Part shown: positions 19,601 to 21,841 of the stretch, piece by piece
How the letters are laid out: every line of letters starts with the position of its first letter
Numbering within the stretch: the first letter of the stretch is position 1
From: Candidatus Saganbacteria bacterium
Lineage (GTDB): Bacteria; Margulisbacteria; WOR-1; JAKLHX01
NCBI GenBank assembly: GCA_026387835.1
Contig: JAPLKZ010000001.1
Location: 1 to 21,841, forward strand
Direction of reading: 5' to 3'
Length of the DNA: 21,841 nt
Made by a program: the position numbers and the translations under genes
The notes under the pieces: generated by a model
Databases searched by the model: none
Seen by the model: the letters and a program-made list of their open reading frames with translations, nothing else
What the model was told of the DNA's origin: nothing

Positions 19601-21001
19601 AGCAGACAGCTTCACTGGACTATGATCGGAGTTACTCGCAACCTTATGCACCTGTATGTCTCCATCGGGCAGTCTTCAAAGGTTCACGAAATGATGCTCC
19701 AGATGGTGGATTCCACGTTTGTAATGCACGGCAAGTCCATAGTTTACTCTATAATGCGACAAAGATGGAATAACCTGGTGGAAGAGACCTATGAATTCCT
19801 GTACACTATTGCTCCGGAGGTATACTACCAACTGAAACAGTCACTGGAATCCTGCTTGAGCGAAGCTGATACTGATAGTGTGCGGTTCTTCTACATGGTA
19901 CAGGTCATACTGCTGGCTTTACTGGGTGGTCGCCAGGAGGACGCAGAGGTACTAGCACAGGAGCTAATGGAATTGCGACCTCGGGCAGGAAACTTTGCAA
20001 AGAGGGTTTCTCAGAGGGTCGAATATGCCGCTGAATTGTTGAATTCTCAAAAGGACCAAAGACCGATGATAGCAAGAAAACTCTTGAGTTCACTTGATTC
20101 TTTCGAGAATCTACATGAAGCCCTGACTGCTCTGTCCTGGGTGCTTCCAAAGGGCATAATTGCGCAGGCAGTAGACTGGAACCATGCGCAGCGGCTGGCA
20201 CTGGATTACATCAAGGGGCATATTAAGCATATACTGGATATGGTCTCACCAGTATGGATACAGGTAGGGCGTATTTTCAGACGATATGACCGTGAAGATG
20301 ACCTGCGTTGGATACTGGATCAGATACAGCAAACCGAACCAGATGGTATGAGGAAATATGATCTCACTCAGTTGCTGCTGGAACCAGTGGAATTAAAAGA
20401 ATCAGGTTTTCCTGAGTTGTTAGAGCAATTCACTCAGGACCCAGTATCTGCTGGTTGGGAATGGGTGAATCCTGTGAAAACCAACAGTTACTCGACGGAG
20501 AAGGATGGTTTGCAGATTACTGCCCTTCCATACCCTCATTCTAGTTATCTTGAGGATCATGATTTTCCACGGATGTTGAGATACATTTCTGGCGATTTCA
20601 TAGCTGAAACGAAGATTTTTGACGGGGATAACGGAAAGAAGTCCGGCGGCCTGCTTGTGTGGAAGAATGAGGTTAAATGCATCCGTCTTGAGGTACCGTC
20701 CAATGATTTGGAGGAAGATATAGTCTGTTATTGGGCAAGTTCCGCAGGAAAACCTATAGACGCGGGCACACATCCCTTTGAGGCAAAAGAAGCCTGGCTG
20801 CGGTTAGAGCGAAAGGGAGATCGATTTGTCGGATATGTGAGTTCCGATGGGGAAAATTGGTATCGCTGTGGTCAAGTGGACGTCCCAATGAAAGACCCTA
20901 TCCAATTGGGGATTCTCGCCTGCTGCCCCCGAGGGCCGACGACTTCGACGCGTTTTGAGTATTTCAAGATATATAGACCTGATAAACAGACCGATTCATA
21001 A
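16691..21001 (+). CDS. Array gene 4: same architecture, most like gene 3 in its C-terminal two thirds
   Basis: MKCLKC...FCMKCG...CPNCG...FCMKCG. Cyclase motifs ALFADISGFT, NRFIGDNVLAFFGAP, GINTGMMYFGPIG and GPDINLAKRL. Walker A IGEAGIGKSRL and Walker B LILEDLHWSD. C-terminal ISGDFIAETKI...AWLRLERKGDRFVGYVSSDGENWYRCG. Confidence 0.9.
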   Translation: MKCLKCKQDNPSEALFCMKCGTKLERKCPNCGAEYPEEAAFCMKCGKKLKEAPESAIPKLEDMQDKLYIPEPLRQRMDTAKQELQGENRLVTALFADISGFTPLSNQHSPENVVNIVNDCFKVIVDTIFRYEGNPNRFIGDNVLAFFGAPITHENDPERAIMSALEMRDKVRELSLNISVGINTGMMYFGPIGTKEHLEVSAYGPDINLAKRLQEIANPGQILVGSGTYRLTKRAFDFQQTPSLNLKGIDKPVTAYEAAKIKEHPEKLRGIEGLQSRMIGREHEFTELRDTVDMWLSGQGQMVSIIGEAGIGKSRLVKEIKGFINDKPCLWLEGRCISIGQPISYWPFIDMFRTLFDLKEDDNEKDIARKLKDNITELFPNRADDILPFIGHLMSIQFGDELDSKLDGYGSEQIRYQTMVRLRDIFATIARSKPLLLILEDLHWSDELSLDLIAMLMDELVTSQMLLLCVYRPEQDHKCWKLSGMAQRKCFESYTELQLKKLNRTQSYEMVHSLLAIDALPDSVRDMILVKSEGNPFFIEEVIRSLMERELVYKDGDRWTAKSGIEHIDVPDTIHGVIMERIDRLETETKYVLQCASVIGRLFRYRLLDHLMSHERKLDDYLDELEGRELVLEERAMPELEYTFKHVLTQEATYQTILEQRRRQFHRQVAEGIERLYQDRIEEFYEELAYHWERSRDQEKTLEYLIKSGEKATKNYLNDIAIDYYTRAIQLAEELRITGDRLAEIYERRGGVYQSIGFLEECVSDTTEAADLYTQRTRRASMYARISRLYYGTICQGQATDEGLIYSRKAIEEIDPTDRSREAIMTYLRAGWVRSLEEWEPILNKAIAISEEEGYRDLLAHLHALLYYLRLGVGGLEEQARLEREKALYYLPHLKHDLTEYAAACSLLAFWGSENERISLAREAMEAAAKSGKSWSTVVSADQLGTYYLRQGETQRAIEIFEEGWQAGVRSRQLHWTMIGVTRNLMHLYVSIGQSSKVHEMMLQMVDSTFVMHGKSIVYSIMRQRWNNLVEETYEFLYTIAPEVYYQLKQSLESCLSEADTDSVRFFYMVQVILLALLGGRQEDAEVLAQELMELRPRAGNFAKRVSQRVEYAAELLNSQKDQRPMIARKLLSSLDSFENLHEALTALSWVLPKGIIAQAVDWNHAQRLALDYIKGHIKHILDMVSPVWIQVGRIFRRYDREDDLRWILDQIQQTEPDGMRKYDLTQLLLEPVELKESGFPELLEQFTQDPVSAGWEWVNPVKTNSYSTEKDGLQITALPYPHSSYLEDHDFPRMLRYISGDFIAETKIFDGDNGKKSGGLLVWKNEVKCIRLEVPSNDLEEDIVCYWASSAGKPIDAGTHPFEAKEAWLRLERKGDRFVGYVSSDGENWYRCGQVDVPMKDPIQLGILACCPRGPTTSTRFEYFKIYRPDKQTDS

Positions 21002-21018
21002 TATAGAGGATATGGTTT

Positions 21019-21841
21019 ATGCAATGTCCCAAATGCAAATATGAGAATAGAAAAGGTAGAAAATTCTGCTCTGAATGTGGAACTGAACTTGGTTGGGTAT
21101 GTCAGCACTGTGGTTTTGAAAACGAACCGAACGAAAAATTCTGCGGCGGATGTGGTAAACCTTCTGATACAAAACCCTCTACGGAAACTGTAGAAACGAA
21201 CATCCCGACGTTAGAGAAAATTCATTCAGAATCTAAGAACTGGATACCCGACGCCCTTGCACAGAAATATCTGTCAGCAGAACAACAATATACTGGAGAG
21301 AATAGACCTATCACAGCATTGTTTGCTGATATATCAGGATTCACTCCGCTATCCGCTACCAAGTCGTCTGAGACGATATTCCAAATGGTGCAGGATTGCT
21401 TTAAGCAATTGGTCAGTATCGTTGCTAAATATGAAGGTAGCATAAGCGGATTTAGAGGCGATGGACTGTTAGCACTATTTGGTGCCCCAATACTCCACGA
21501 GAACGATGCTGAACGTGCTATCCTGTCAGCAATTGATATGCGTAATGTCATGCAGGATTATCAATTGCAGGTATCTATAGGTATCAATACAGCAATGATG
21601 ACCGTTGGAGAGATACAGACACAATTGCATAATGAATACACAGCCTATGGAACAGATATTAACCTAGCAAAGAGATTACAGGAATCAGCGGGAGCTGGAC
21701 AGATACTCGTAGGTAGTGGAACACACCGTCTTACACGCCGGGCATTTGATTTTGATATAATTCAAAACCTTACAGTGAAGGGATTTGCTCAATCTGTCAC
21801 AGCCTATTCCGTTAAGCAAGTGAAGGCGCATCCTGAGAAGC
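21019..21841 (+). CDS. Array gene 5 (partial, runs off the window): double zinc ribbon + class III cyclase domain
   Basis: Open frame from ATG 21019 to the window end, absent from the ORF track. Hand translation: MQCPKCKYENRKGRKFCSECGTELGWVCQHCGFENEPNEKFCGGCG...NRPITALFADISGFTPLSATKSSE...YEGSISGFRGDGLLALFGAPILHENDAERAIL...GINTAMMTVGEIQ...YGTDINLAKRLQESAGAGQILVGSGTHRLTRRAFDF...AYSVKQVKAHPEK. Confidence 0.9.
   Translation, partial: MQCPKCKYENRKGRKFCSECGTELGWVCQHCGFENEPNEKFCGGCGKPSDTKPSTETVETNIPTLEKIHSESKNWIPDALAQKYLSAEQQYTGENRPITALFADISGFTPLSATKSSETIFQMVQDCFKQLVSIVAKYEGSISGFRGDGLLALFGAPILHENDAERAILSAIDMRNVMQDYQLQVSIGINTAMMTVGEIQTQLHNEYTAYGTDINLAKRLQESAGAGQILVGSGTHRLTRRAFDFDIIQNLTVKGFAQSVTAYSVKQVKAHPEK

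Noticed and set aside
4480-21841. Very recent duplication or assembly duplication creating the array
   Set aside because: Paralogues differ throughout at synonymous and non-synonymous sites, and their helical regions differ in length, so the copies look old and real. Only short exact DNA matches are evident by eye.
4480-21841. Classic CBASS, Pycsar or CRISPR locus
   Set aside because: No CD-NTase, stand-alone Pycsar cyclase, cap or effector gene, cas gene, or regularly spaced short repeats are visible. The cyclase domains are fused to ATPase/TPR modules, so a defence role is only a hypothesis.

Overview
The window has two parts. (1) 1-4207 is a disrupted cassette: the 3' end of an unidentified ORF, a small SWIM-zinc-finger-like ORF, a small DUF2997-like ORF, a decayed group II intron, and a DNA polymerase III beta clamp (dnaN-like) gene that has lost its N-terminus. 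The intron-encoded protein looks chimeric: it carries two successive YADD reverse-transcriptase motifs and then breaks off directly into the clamp reading frame. (2) A short intergenic region has a rho-independent-like terminator and a near-consensus sigma70-type promoter. From there to the window end runs a same-strand tandem array of five giant paralogous genes, four complete (about 1290-1440 aa) and one cut by the window edge. The complete ones share one architecture: N-terminal double zinc ribbon, class III nucleotidyl cyclase domain, predicted AAA/STAND-like ATPase with intact Walker motifs, TPR-like helical region, and a C-terminal concanavalin/LamG-like beta-sandwich. This resembles soluble adenylyl cyclase with a single cyclase domain. 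By eye the copies look modularly mosaic (gene 4 and gene 5 combine modules typical of different siblings). The purine-specifying Lys position of the cyclase is Arg or Gly. The array is the best candidate for an uncharacterised signalling or sensing system. Its function, including any defence role, is inference only.
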